Positions 53,401 through 64,000 of a stretch of 64,000 nucleotides of DNA are shown piece by piece; positions within the stretch are counted from its first letter, which is position 1, and every line of letters begins with the position of its first letter. A program made the position numbers and the translations under genes. The stretch is from Yuukianura sp. NJ FZ-2021 (taxonomy: Eukaryota). The notes under the pieces are model-generated. The model ran no database searches and was not told where the DNA came from. It was given only the letters and a program-made list of their open reading frames with translations. The DNA lies in contig CM102288.1 of the NCBI GenBank assembly GCA_046563655.1, positions 5,580,001-5,644,000 on the forward strand, read 5' to 3'.

Positions 53401-55535
53401 AAAGTCAAAAAGAAATGGAATCATTTGAAATGGAAACTGAAACGAACCCACCGAAAAAATTAATCCGAACAAGCTTAAACGAGAATTCAGGTAATGCTGT
53501 GTAAAAGGTCACTGACCTTGGGTCAGGGAATACAAAAAAAAATATACTAATACAGTCCGTCACAGCTGCTACTCGAAGCGGAGTGGTCGCATTTACAATG
53601 TGCTAAAACTGTGATGTGGAGGTGTCTGACTATTCCTGAGACACATTGGACTAGCTTTAATACGGTAAAAATTCGGAGGATTAGAGACTTTTCTCATACC
53701 GGAGTTAAACCAAATCCCAATTTCTCGTACATTGCGCGAGGCTGTATGAGAATTCTTACCGCAAAGGTTTGGTTTACCGCCGGTGGACTCTTCTCCATTC
53801 CCATTCCTGCAGTATTGTAGTGGAATTATTTGATTGCCCTTGTTCCGCACCACGATCTGCCAAAATAACATAAAATTACAATTAGTGTATCAGGTAGAAA
53901 CTTACGGTAATAATAAAATCTAAAGTGACACAAAACTTTAGATTTTACGGTATTCCGACAAGAAAAAAATGTTGCAATTTGAGAGGGTCTACTGTACAAT
54001 TTAAACTGGAATACCAAGGAAAAAAATTGTATGAAGCGTTTGTCTTGAAAAATTCTACGGTAAGTTGTTAAATCTTTACCTCACAAATTTGCAACAGGTT
54101 ACGTAAACTGAAGAAATTTTATTGAAAAATTCACAATTTCGACAGAATAAGAGTCCCCCTCTCCTTCCCGAGTCTACACTAAACTGAATCATGCCGTGCA
54201 ATTCAAGTCCCCTTCCAGGTGAATTTCAACGTCTCCTTTGTTTTTTTTTTAGTCAGAAGAAGGGCTCCCACTCTCAGGATGGGACTTCAAAGGAATTCAA
54301 TACAAAAGTTTTGCACCCTAAACCTACTCCAATGATGCAGAACCCAAACTTTCATTGATACAGATCTGTACTGCTGCTATTTCCTTTACATTTCATTGAA
54401 AAGGCGGAGTATGAAGGTAGGGTGGCGGGATTGTAACAAAGGGTACCTTACAGAAGAAAATTTTCTAAATCCAGAGACTTTGACCTTGTGTCTCCTGACA
54501 AACTCAAGAATTAAACTCTAAAACCGGTGAACTTAAATGAGACAACGTGGGGAACTGTAGGCGTCATTCCGACTCCAATTCATTAGGCTTTACAGATGAC
54601 CCCACCTAATGGCACGCGTTCACTTTCCCTGTAGAGCGCAGCAGTAAGTTTGACCTTTGTGCAAAACGGAACCTGATTGGTTTGTAGCATAGAAAAGTTC
54701 TCACGGGTGATACGACTTGAAATTCTAAAATATCTCTGAAAGCCAAGCGTTATAGTTACTTTTTTACGCGTTAACTCCTTCCAAACTTCAACCTTTTTAC
54801 AGTAAATCCCCCGTAATGTAAGAACTAATAAAAATTAGAAGTTCCAGAATGAGGCGTCCCACTGTATGAGAAAGCGAGGTAGAACAATCTGAGGAATCCG
54901 AGGATTGGCTACCCACATTCAACAAATGTCAAAAGAAACATTGTGGTTGGAGTAAGGTTTAGAGCGAGTAATTGTATTCCCTCAATAATGTCTCTACTTA
55001 ACATTCCAAAATCCAAACATAACTCCATTGCACTGTCATGCCAAGATTGTTTCAGATTTAATTTTTGTCCTTACGTTAAACTCATTTATTTTAAGTAAGT
55101 TTATGTCCAACAGGAAACTCAATTAGTAGCATGGTAAACACGATTTTGCATCGGTTATAATATCCACTCCAAGTTCTTACTATACAAATAATAACGGGGA
55201 TACAATTCTTAGAGTAAAAATTTACTTCAGCCAGTGTCAGTTTCAATTCAAAATATTAGAAAAATCAAAGTTACATAAAAAAACAGTAAATAAATAGAGA
55301 TGTGCAGGCAATTAATTGGGGGTGTTGTTTTGAATTGAAACTTTGTAATTTAAGTTTTGTAGGTCGGAAGCGGATTACAGGGCTAGGTAAAGCAAACAAC
55401 ATTTTCAAATCGAGAAAATTACGCTATAGGGAAAGTTACATCGGCTGGTAATTGGTAAACGAAATCACAATTTGTTTTTGTTTGTTTCTTTGTCTAGGTT
55501 TTTCCTGATTCTAACTTCAGCCCGCAGGAACAAAT

Positions 55536-58500
55536 ATGTCAAGTTCAAGTCCAATCAAACCTCCTCGAGGTCAAAAGGTCGGAAGGGAAACTGGGATTCT
55601 GATGACGGTAATCAAGGCCTTACTGTCAAGTGCCTCTGCAGCTGAACGTGATGGAATTAAAACCACGGTGGAGCAAGACTACAAAGTGCTGGACAAGAAC
55701 TTGGATGCTCTTATTCTAAACAAGCAGCAAGCACTCAACACCGTTATGCAGGTTCGTTTTCCTAATTTGTAGATGATTGTCATTGGATATGATTTTTGAA
55801 CCTAAAACTGTTGATTTTTGGAGTCAGACGTTTCGTCACATGTGTACTGAAATCCAATCAGCCAAGGAACGAGTAGCAGGAGTGAAAAGCAACTTGCAGA
55901 AGTGTAAAATGCTGCTCCAGTGTCGTCGTGAGGAGTTGGAACGTCTCTGGCTGGAAGGAATTGAGCACAAACATGCTCTACATCTACTAGAACTGATGTA
56001 AAGGTCAAAAAATGAATCATGAATGTTATGATTTCATGCGTTGAAGTTACACATCTTACAAGAGGGTTTTTTTTTATTGCAGCGATAAGATCAGGAGTGC
56101 TCCGCAGCAGTTTAGCAAAGCAGTGGCTCGGCGACAGTACATTCCAGCGACGGATGTACTTATGGGAGCCATCAACAGTTGGAACGACGACTTGGAACAA
56201 ATTGAAGGTCTGAGGGAGCTCAAGGCTGATTTAAAAGCTAAGAAGGAGGTAAATTTATTATTACTTACAGACATAGTTGCATTTGACAAAGCCAATTGAG
56301 AAACAGGCGTTACACTACTCAACTGAATCTGAAATGCTAATTTTTTATTAACAGAAGCTATATCGTTTGCTAATTGAAGAGTTCAATACCGAAGTTTTCA
56401 TCAAATCGGCGCCTGCTATTGGAGAGCTGAAGAGGCAGGGATCAGGAGTATTCTCTCCCTTTCAAAGGTCCAATTCAGATCGGAACAGTTCGGGAAGGAA
56501 CAAAATGAATCAAATTAAAGCTCGCAAGATTTATCTGGACGTGACAAATGGGAATTTGAGCAAGTAATTCGTTAGAAACACCTTCTATTCAATCGGCTGC
56601 TTGCTCATCATGATTAGCTAAACGTTAAATGATCTTGTGTTGATGAACAGGAATGCTGCATCTTCAGTTAATACTGATCCAAATCCTGCAATGGATGAGC
56701 TATTGGTCACTCTAACGAAATGCATCGTCGACCTCAAACTAACTGCGAAGTTTAAAGAGGTAAACAAAACGCTGTCAAATCGTTATCAATCTTTTTTTCA
56801 CAAAGTTGTTTAATTAAACCAACTTTGTATTTTTACTTTGAAATCGCTCTAGGAATTACGGATGCAGTTGGAGGAGAAGTTACTCGGTGCAATCAACAGC
56901 ATTTCTCAACAAGTCATTGATTTCTACGATGTCGGTGGAGTTTCAGAAACTTCTCCATCGTCTCTGCCACTCTCCGATTTTCTTAAAGTTGGTTTCAGTT
57001 CATGCAAACTCATTTCTGTATCTTGGCATTTGACAACGATTTGAAACGTCTGACTTATAAAGATAGGAATGATTTTAATTTGATAAATTTTGATTACAGC
57101 TAACTTTTGTCCATTTCCGTCTCATTGTAAACTACCATCACAAGTTACTGGGTCTACTGGATGCTGCGGACAAGGCATGCCAAAGACTTCCGGGCATGTC
57201 ACTAACGGATCTGTGGGCCCAAGTTCAATCAGTTGTAAAAGTCAATTAATTCATGGGTTATCATTCCTTTTTAAGTTTTATATTGAAAGTTTGTGATTTT
57301 TAGCTCCAGTCAACTCTGAAGCTCTACTTTGACCTAAGCGACAGTAAGGTAATTAGTGGAAGCACATTTGAGAATGAAACTTCGTCTCTTGTGGATATCA
57401 ATTCATTCTTTGCCAAAAAGAAACAACCAAAGTACGTTAACTTTTTCAGAAAACAGCTGACTTTGGTAAGCTAAAGTGGAAATTCTTTAACGGTGTTAAA
57501 TTTTTAATTTTGTAGACCAAAGAAAGTTCCTCTGTTCAAGTTTGAATATTCTCTGCATGGACTGGGCAATGTGGGAGATTTGGAAGTAAGTGTTTATAGT
57601 TTACGTCAAAAGAAGAAAATTTTTGTGAAAAGTGATTTTTTTTTTAAACTGTGGCGAATTTTAGGAAACGGGGAGGAACAATGCTAAGAGTCGGCATAGA
57701 TTTTTAGTTTGCAAATCCAATCCAAGGAACATCATTCTCATCTACAACATTGTGCAGGAGTTTGTTCTAGAAATCGAAGAAGCTCTCGAGGGGTAAGACG
57801 AGTTGTGGTGAAGGCGAAATGATGTTTTGATGAAATTGAAATTGATCTAGCAAAGTAGAATTGATAAGTTAATGATACATAGTTAAAAGTAATTCAAATT
57901 AATTGTTAATGTTGTTTTTGTTTTCAGTGAAAAATGTGAGCTGAGGAAGTTCATGACACTGAACGTGAATCGCGTTTTTGTTCAACAAGTTTACCAAGAG
58001 ATTTCTACTGCCATTGAAGTTTCACGCAGAAATCCGGACTGCTGGAAAGAAGTAATTTCAGTAGATGAATCCAAACATCTCAAAGCATCTCGTCCAATAC
58101 TTCAAGTAATTTAGTGTAATTACTTCTAATTACTTGAATTACTTAATTATTAGCGGTGGACAGCACAGCTCCCTGTTCATCTCAAATGTGAAAAGTTGCG
58201 TTTTTTACGTGTTTCTTTCCTTTCCTAGGGAGTGGCACTGATTGGTCGCAGCGTTCTGGACATTTTGAAACTAGCTAAAGATTTGCCCTCACATTCAGAC
58301 CAACTTTTGAAAATTCTGGATCCAGTTCTCACTGCATATCGAGGAAGTTGTTTTGAAGTGTTTGGAAGCATAATTCGTTTGGAAGAGAAGAAGGTCATAT
58401 CTGCGTCAATGGTGGAGGATGCAGACATCGAGCGACTGCTCAAATCGCTTCCCAATTGGAGCAAATTGATGAACAGACAAGCAGAGAACACTGATGACAG

Positions 58501-59724
58501 TCCGGAAGACGTTCGGTCTCAGAATTTAAGAGAAGCTGATTTGTTCGTGGGTCTGTTCGGCGGGAAATCCATTTCACAGCAAGATGTCATGACGGATGTG
58601 AAACTCCTGGAGCAGTTGGCTCGGTTTCATGAGAGCATGGTGAAACTTTTACACAAAAAATTTTTATTATGGTTTAAAATTTTGAAAAACTAAATATTTT
58701 TTGAATTTCAGGAATGGATGGCTGAAGTTGTAGGATCTGTGGAGCAAATTTTTTGGGGCGGAGCAGACATAATTCAAAGCGACGAACTTGGTGATTTGCT
58801 TGGCAGAGTTCAAAAGTTGGCGGCGTTGTTTCGAGAGTTGGGTTCAACCTGTCTATTGATTATTTACTTGGAAGTAAGTTCAAATATTCAAAGTTTTCTT
58901 TCTCCAGTTTCAAATTGTAATTTCCGAAACTGAAACTATTGAAATTTTGATGATTGCATTTTTTCAGATTCGCGTTCAGTCGTTTTATTACCTTAGTCCG
59001 ATTCCACACAAATCCGATTTTGCTCCCGGGCTGGACAGTCAAGTTGGTGATTCAGAAGTCACTCAACTGACCAAGTACTTGACAGAAGTCGAAGCTCTAC
59101 TGGTCAACTCCTTGCAATCAGTCAAGACCAAGGTGAGTGACACGGTAGCACGCCATTGCTCAGAATGAAATGCTTCGAAACCAATTGCTCCGAAAGGTGC
59201 TTTTCTCCGAAATGGGATTAGTGTACATCGTTTGTGGTTTTTAGTATGTTTTTGGAGGACTGGGTCAACTCATTTCGACAATTATTGTGCGAGGAGCGGG
59301 AGATATAAGGAGAATCAATGACAACGGAGTGAAGAAAATGTGCAGAAACATTTTCCATATTCAGCAAAGTTTGTGTGCCATCACGAAGTCACCCGAAGTA
59401 TCTCTTGATATGGCCAGACAGTTTTATGAAATATTTCTTCATCCGCTCCAGGTTTGTCTTTACTTACAATTTTTTTTATAAAATAATTCTGTTTTGGTTG
59501 AATTTATTCATTCTATTCATTTTTTTTTCTTTTTCAATATTTTTTTGAATCTTTAGGAGCTGTTTGATGCTATTCTGGAAAAAGGCCCACAGTTTCGTGA
59601 GATCGAGTACATGAATGCTGTGCAACTTTTGTACAGAAGCAAACCTGGTGCTTCCAAAGAGCCACTCAATGACCATCTCACTCGACTGTCAAACATTCTG
59701 GGCGATGTTGGTGTTACTGTATAG
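55536..59724 (+). CDS. EXOC4: Exocyst complex component 4 (Sec8), multi-exon
   Basis: SPIKPPRGQKVGRETGILMTVIKAL, NLQKCKMLLQCRREELERLWLEGIEHK, EGLRELKADL, LFKFEYS, TCLLIIYLE|IRVQSFYYL, GVKKMCRNIFHIQQSL, LDMARQFYE, ILGDVGVTV*. Confidence 0.92.
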
Positions 59725-59859
59725 GATTAACGTAAGAACTTAGGTTTAAAATAATCTGCAAATTAGTTGGACTGAATTACAATTATAGTTACTAATTGTA
59801 ATTCGAACTAATAAAAAATAAATAATTAAATACAGAATTTTTTTTTAATTTTAGAATTT

Positions 59860-62800
59860 TCAGTGGAATTGGAATCCGTTGTGCCGGATGATTTTGGCAT
59901 AGTACGTGGCAGAGTCCTTTGCTTTCCTCGTTCGCTCCGTACTCGTGAAGTCCACATGATGTAGTCCGAATCGAACCCTTTCAAATTTAAATTTTCAAAA
60001 TTTTGAAGTGGGTTTGAAATTATGAAAAGCGTGGTTCTTACGTGTATCCGGCGAACCACTCGAAGTTGTCCACGAAGCTCCACACAGCGTATGCCTGTAC
60101 GTTGCATCCGTCGTGAACAATTGCTTTGAGCATGTTGTTGATGTAGTCGCGCAGGTAGGACACACGCTGGGGGTCATGCACTTCCTCACTCTGCTCGCCG
60201 CCCGCTCCATTCTCTAGGAAATTGAATTAGTTGTATTAGTTTATTTATACATTTTATTAGGTCACTTGCAACTGGAATTAGTTATGGGATTACCTGTGAC
60301 GAGAACAACTGGGTTGCCATAAGTCTTTTTGACCCAGTTCAGCGCCTTTCGAAATCCCCCTAATCCAAAAATAGTTACAAATGGTTGAAGCTGTACTGGC
60401 AATACTGGTAACTGCTTTAAATGTACTGGCAATACTAAGCAATACTAGCAAAAACAGGAAAAAGCAAAGCAAAAGGTTTAACAGAGCGCTGGTTACGGAA
60501 GACTGCTTACATGGGACGACCTTGAACCAAGGATTGGCAGTTCCTTCCCAAGATGGATCCACGTATGTGTAAATATCTTGGTCTCCAGTATGCCCAGGAG
60601 TGGAATTCCTCTCATACCGAACCAATTCTATCAAACAACAGCATATGTCGTTAGGTTAGGCAGGCTCAATTAATAATTTGGTTCTTACGCGTAGTGTAGT
60701 GGTTCACTCCCAGGAAGTCATAGGATCCTCAAATAAATTGATATAATATATTGCATTATAAATATATATTAATATAACATGTATAAAATATGTATTTTAT
60801 TATATATTATTTAAGTACCCCTGAGTATCTTCTGCCACAGGGGGTTGAAGGTCGGCAGTCTTGAGTGCGGCAGTCCCTCTGCCTTGCTCTTCCTGTCTAC
60901 AAACTCCCGCATCACTTCTGGGTAGTCGCCAAAGGTTATGGGGGAGGCAATCCATCCAAACTAAAAAAAAAATTCGAAAATTTAAGAAAAATCAAAATTT
61001 TGAAGAAAAACTCTTTTTCGAATTACATTAGTTTTTTTTTAACCTGGAATTGAAGTCCGCGTTCTGCTGCAGCGATGTCTCTCCTGTGTTTAGTTCCTGG
61101 TTCGAGCCAGACGTAGTCAAGTGTAATTCCGCAGCGTCCAGCTTGTACCGGTTTGAAAACTGCGTCGTACATTCTGTATGCAAATGCATGTGCTTTGAGC
61201 ATTGTATGTGCGCATGTGTATGGTTTGGTGGCGTCCTTGATCCCCGGAGGGAATGTGCCCAGCTCGTAGCTGCCAGTGCAGTGGATGACAGGTTCGTTGA
61301 AAGTGGCCCACGTTTTGACCCGGTCACCGAAAGTCTCGAAGGCAAAGAAAGCGTATTCCCCAAAGTACTGGACAAGGTCCTCGTTCAGCCAACCACCTAA
61401 GTTCTGCAGAGCGAGCTACATACAAAAAAAAAACGAAAAAAGTAAGGTTTTTGGAAAAAAAAATGTTTTTGGTTTGAAAAGTAATACTAGAAGAAATTTT
61501 GGATGCGAACTCACTGGCAAGTCGAAGTGGTAGAGAGTCACAACTGAAAACAAAAACGGAGTAGAAGTGATTTGATTATAGACAGGTTGGAATTTTTGAT
61601 TTTGTACAAGAAAAGACGAAGTGTGATTGGTTCAACGTAAAAGGTTCGAAACCGATTAGACCAAAAGTGAATTAGTTCGAAAGGGAAATTGGGAAATGGA
61701 TAATTTGACACAATTTGTGTCGAATCAGTTCTATCCTTGATGTAATTGATTATTTGACCCAATGGTCCTTGACAAACGAAAAGTTTGATTTTGATTTGAT
61801 CCAATTGCTTTCGAACCAATTGCATTTGAAGGAATAAAGACTCACGTGGTTGGATGTCGTGTTTTAGAAGGAGATTGATGAGGTTATTGTAGTAGTCGAT
61901 CCCAGCGTGATTTTTTGATCCAATTCGGCCATCCGGCATCAGTCGTGACCATCGTCCGAATGGCTCAATACAAATTTTCATTTCCCTTGATTTTGACGTT
62001 GCCAGTTTTCTATGGAAAAATACCAGAAAAGGACCATAGATCGCAAACTCACCTGTCGTGTCAAAGGTCAAATTTTCACATAATTTATTTTAATTGTGAA
62101 ATCTATGTTATCACGCTTGCTGAACTCGAATATGATAATTAAAAAATTCAAAAATCGATTCCTAGTTAGTTAATTAATTAAAATCGTTAATTAACATTTC
62201 CCTAATTAAGGCTGCAATACAAGCATTAGGGGTGAAATTTGGTTGCTGAAAACGAATTTGACCTTTAAAATGCTGAAAAACCGATTCCTAATTAGTTAAT
62301 TAATTAAAATCGTTAATTAACATTTTCCTAATTAACACTGCAATACAAGCATTAGGGGTGAAATTTGGTTGCTGAAAACGAATTTGACCTTTAAAGTGCT
62401 GAAAAACCGTTAATTAACATTTTAATTACGATTTAAACGATTTAAACGAATTTAAACGATTTTAATTAATTAACTAATTAGGAATCGGTTTTTCAGCATT
62501 TTAAAGGTCAAATTCGTTTTCAGCAACCAAATTTCACCCCTAATGCTTGTATTGCAGCCTTAATTAGGGAAATGTTAATTAACGATTTTAATTAATTAAC
62601 TAATTAGGAATCGATTTTTGAATTTTTTAATTATCATATTCGAGTTCAGCAAGCGTGATAACATAGATTTCACAATTAAAATAAATTATTTGAAAATTTG
62701 ACCTTTGACACGTTAGGTGAGTTTGCGATCTATGGTCCTTTTTTAGTTTTTTTCCATAGAAATGTGGCAACGTCAAAATCAAGGGAAATGAAAATTTGTA

Positions 62801-63523
62801 TTGAGCCATTCGGACGATGGTCGTGACCACGACATAGAAAAACGGTAGAAGTTCACCTACGGAAACACATTTTCGAAAAAGATTCTTTTTTGAAAATTTT
62901 GAAATTGAAATTCAAAATTTGAAAGTTACCCCCATTTTCTTGAGTAGTTTGACATCCACTGGGTATCTGTAGTAAGAGTCACAGGCAATGTCGCCCGTAG
63001 TTCCGTCCACCACTGGACTAGGCTCTTGATGTACAAAATCATCCCAAATACTCGGCCCTTTCCCGTCAGCATTCCAACCACCTAAAAACGTATTTCAAAG
63101 TAAGTTTCAAAATTTTGAAACAATTTTAATAGAAGTCAAAAATTATAAACAAATTTTCAAAATTTGTTTATGATTTTTGCCTCTGGCGAAAGCTCTTCTG
63201 TGTTGAACCTTTACCTTCGACTTGATACGCCGACTAAAAATCCAAGAATCAAAAATAGTTTAGTAAATACATTAATTTTTCTTTTAAATTTTTTCAGTTT
63301 TTCATTTTTTTTTTGTTGCAGTTTTTGAAATTTTTTTTTGTTGAAAATTGAACTTTAATGTTACCGTTCCTGCTCCCCATTGGAATCCTGGCGGGAACGT
63401 TCCTTTGAAAAACCTTCCATTGAATTGGTCGCGATACGATTCGTTGTGTCCACAGACACCACGCATGCGCGAAAAACTCGCCTGGACGCACAGGAACAAC
63501 AGCAGGCTGCGCATGTCTGTCAT
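59860..63523 (-). CDS. Glycoside hydrolase family 1 beta-glucosidase (myrosinase/lactase-like), multi-exon; one coding exon interrupted by a transposon in this haplotype
   Basis: Signal peptide; FPPGFQWGAGT|SAYQVEG|GWNADGKGPSIWD, GDIACDSY, YRFSMSWSR, acid/base TFNEP, DFLGVNHYT, nucleophile VT|ENG, WSFVDNFEW, RFGLHHVDF. Confidence 0.9.
61950..62819. mobile_element. Non-autonomous foldback DNA transposon (~870 bp) with 8-bp TSD gtcgtgac, inserted in a GH1 exon
   Basis: Ends CATCGTCCGAATGGCTCAATAC ... GTATTGAGCCATTCGGACGATG; near-identical inverted arms over >300 bp; internal ~123-bp tandem duplication; gtcgtgac at 61942-61949 and 62820-62827. Confidence 0.92.
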
Positions 63524-64000
63524 GTCCGAGGTTTAGTCTGACTCTACCTGCTTATGCTCACGACGTACGAATCAAACTGACGATAATCAGTTTTCTAACT
63601 TCAAACTCTGTTCTAAAATTCCTCACATGAACCTTGTTCTAAAAAAAACAGAAAGGTGGAACATAAAACAAAAACACTTTTCTTCACCAGTTCAAAAAGA
63701 AAAGAAATTAAGCACAACCTGTCAATCCAAAATTTTTATAATGTGAACAATAGAGGTTGAATTTTGATTTGGATCACAACCTAATTTTGGAGTAACTGAA
63801 AAAATGAACAGTCGCCCTCAGCTTTTATTCGATTTTTGTCTAAAGGCATTGGAATCTGAAAATATTTCATAGCGTTTAGAATAAGTGCCTTAAGTGATTC
63901 TTATGATAGCATTTACATTTTGCTTTGTGTATTACAACATTGCAGGTTCACTCTGTAGTCGTTTGATGTTTTTCGTAATGTTGTCTGAGCCTTTCCACTT

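Noticed and set aside
61538..62830. ORFs 61538-62071, 61915-62142 and 62627-62830 as a transposase or separate genes
   Set aside because: They are mirror translations of the TIR arms, partly fused to the GH1 exon; no transposase motifs

Overview
AT-rich, compact eukaryotic DNA with many short GT-AG introns. There is no prokaryotic operon, CRISPR array, rRNA or tRNA that I can support. Gene content (divergent intronless ionotropic-receptor-like gene, GR-like 7TM genes, F-box genes, a bacillopeptidase-F-like subtilase) suggests an arthropod, plausibly a springtail (inference only). Left to right: 5' part of an axonemal dynein heavy chain (DNAH5/8-like, runs off the left edge); a GR-like receptor with an apparent frameshift; a deleted Tc1/mariner element; an F-box gene; an IR-like gene; a divergent ALG10; a divergent Rad21/Rec8-type kleisin; a secreted S8 subtilase convergent with a small secreted BP74-like gene (both candidate horizontally acquired, now intron-containing); a heme peroxidase; DENR; a second F-box gene; two more GR-like genes; three tandem membrane-protein paralogues with Q/P/Y-rich PPxY tails; SMAD4/Medea; EXOC4/Sec8; and a GH1 beta-glucosidase whose coding exon is interrupted by a recent ~870-bp foldback transposon with a target-site duplication. 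Several MITE/foldback elements lie in introns. Family assignments come from motif recall, not database searches, and exon boundaries were read by eye.
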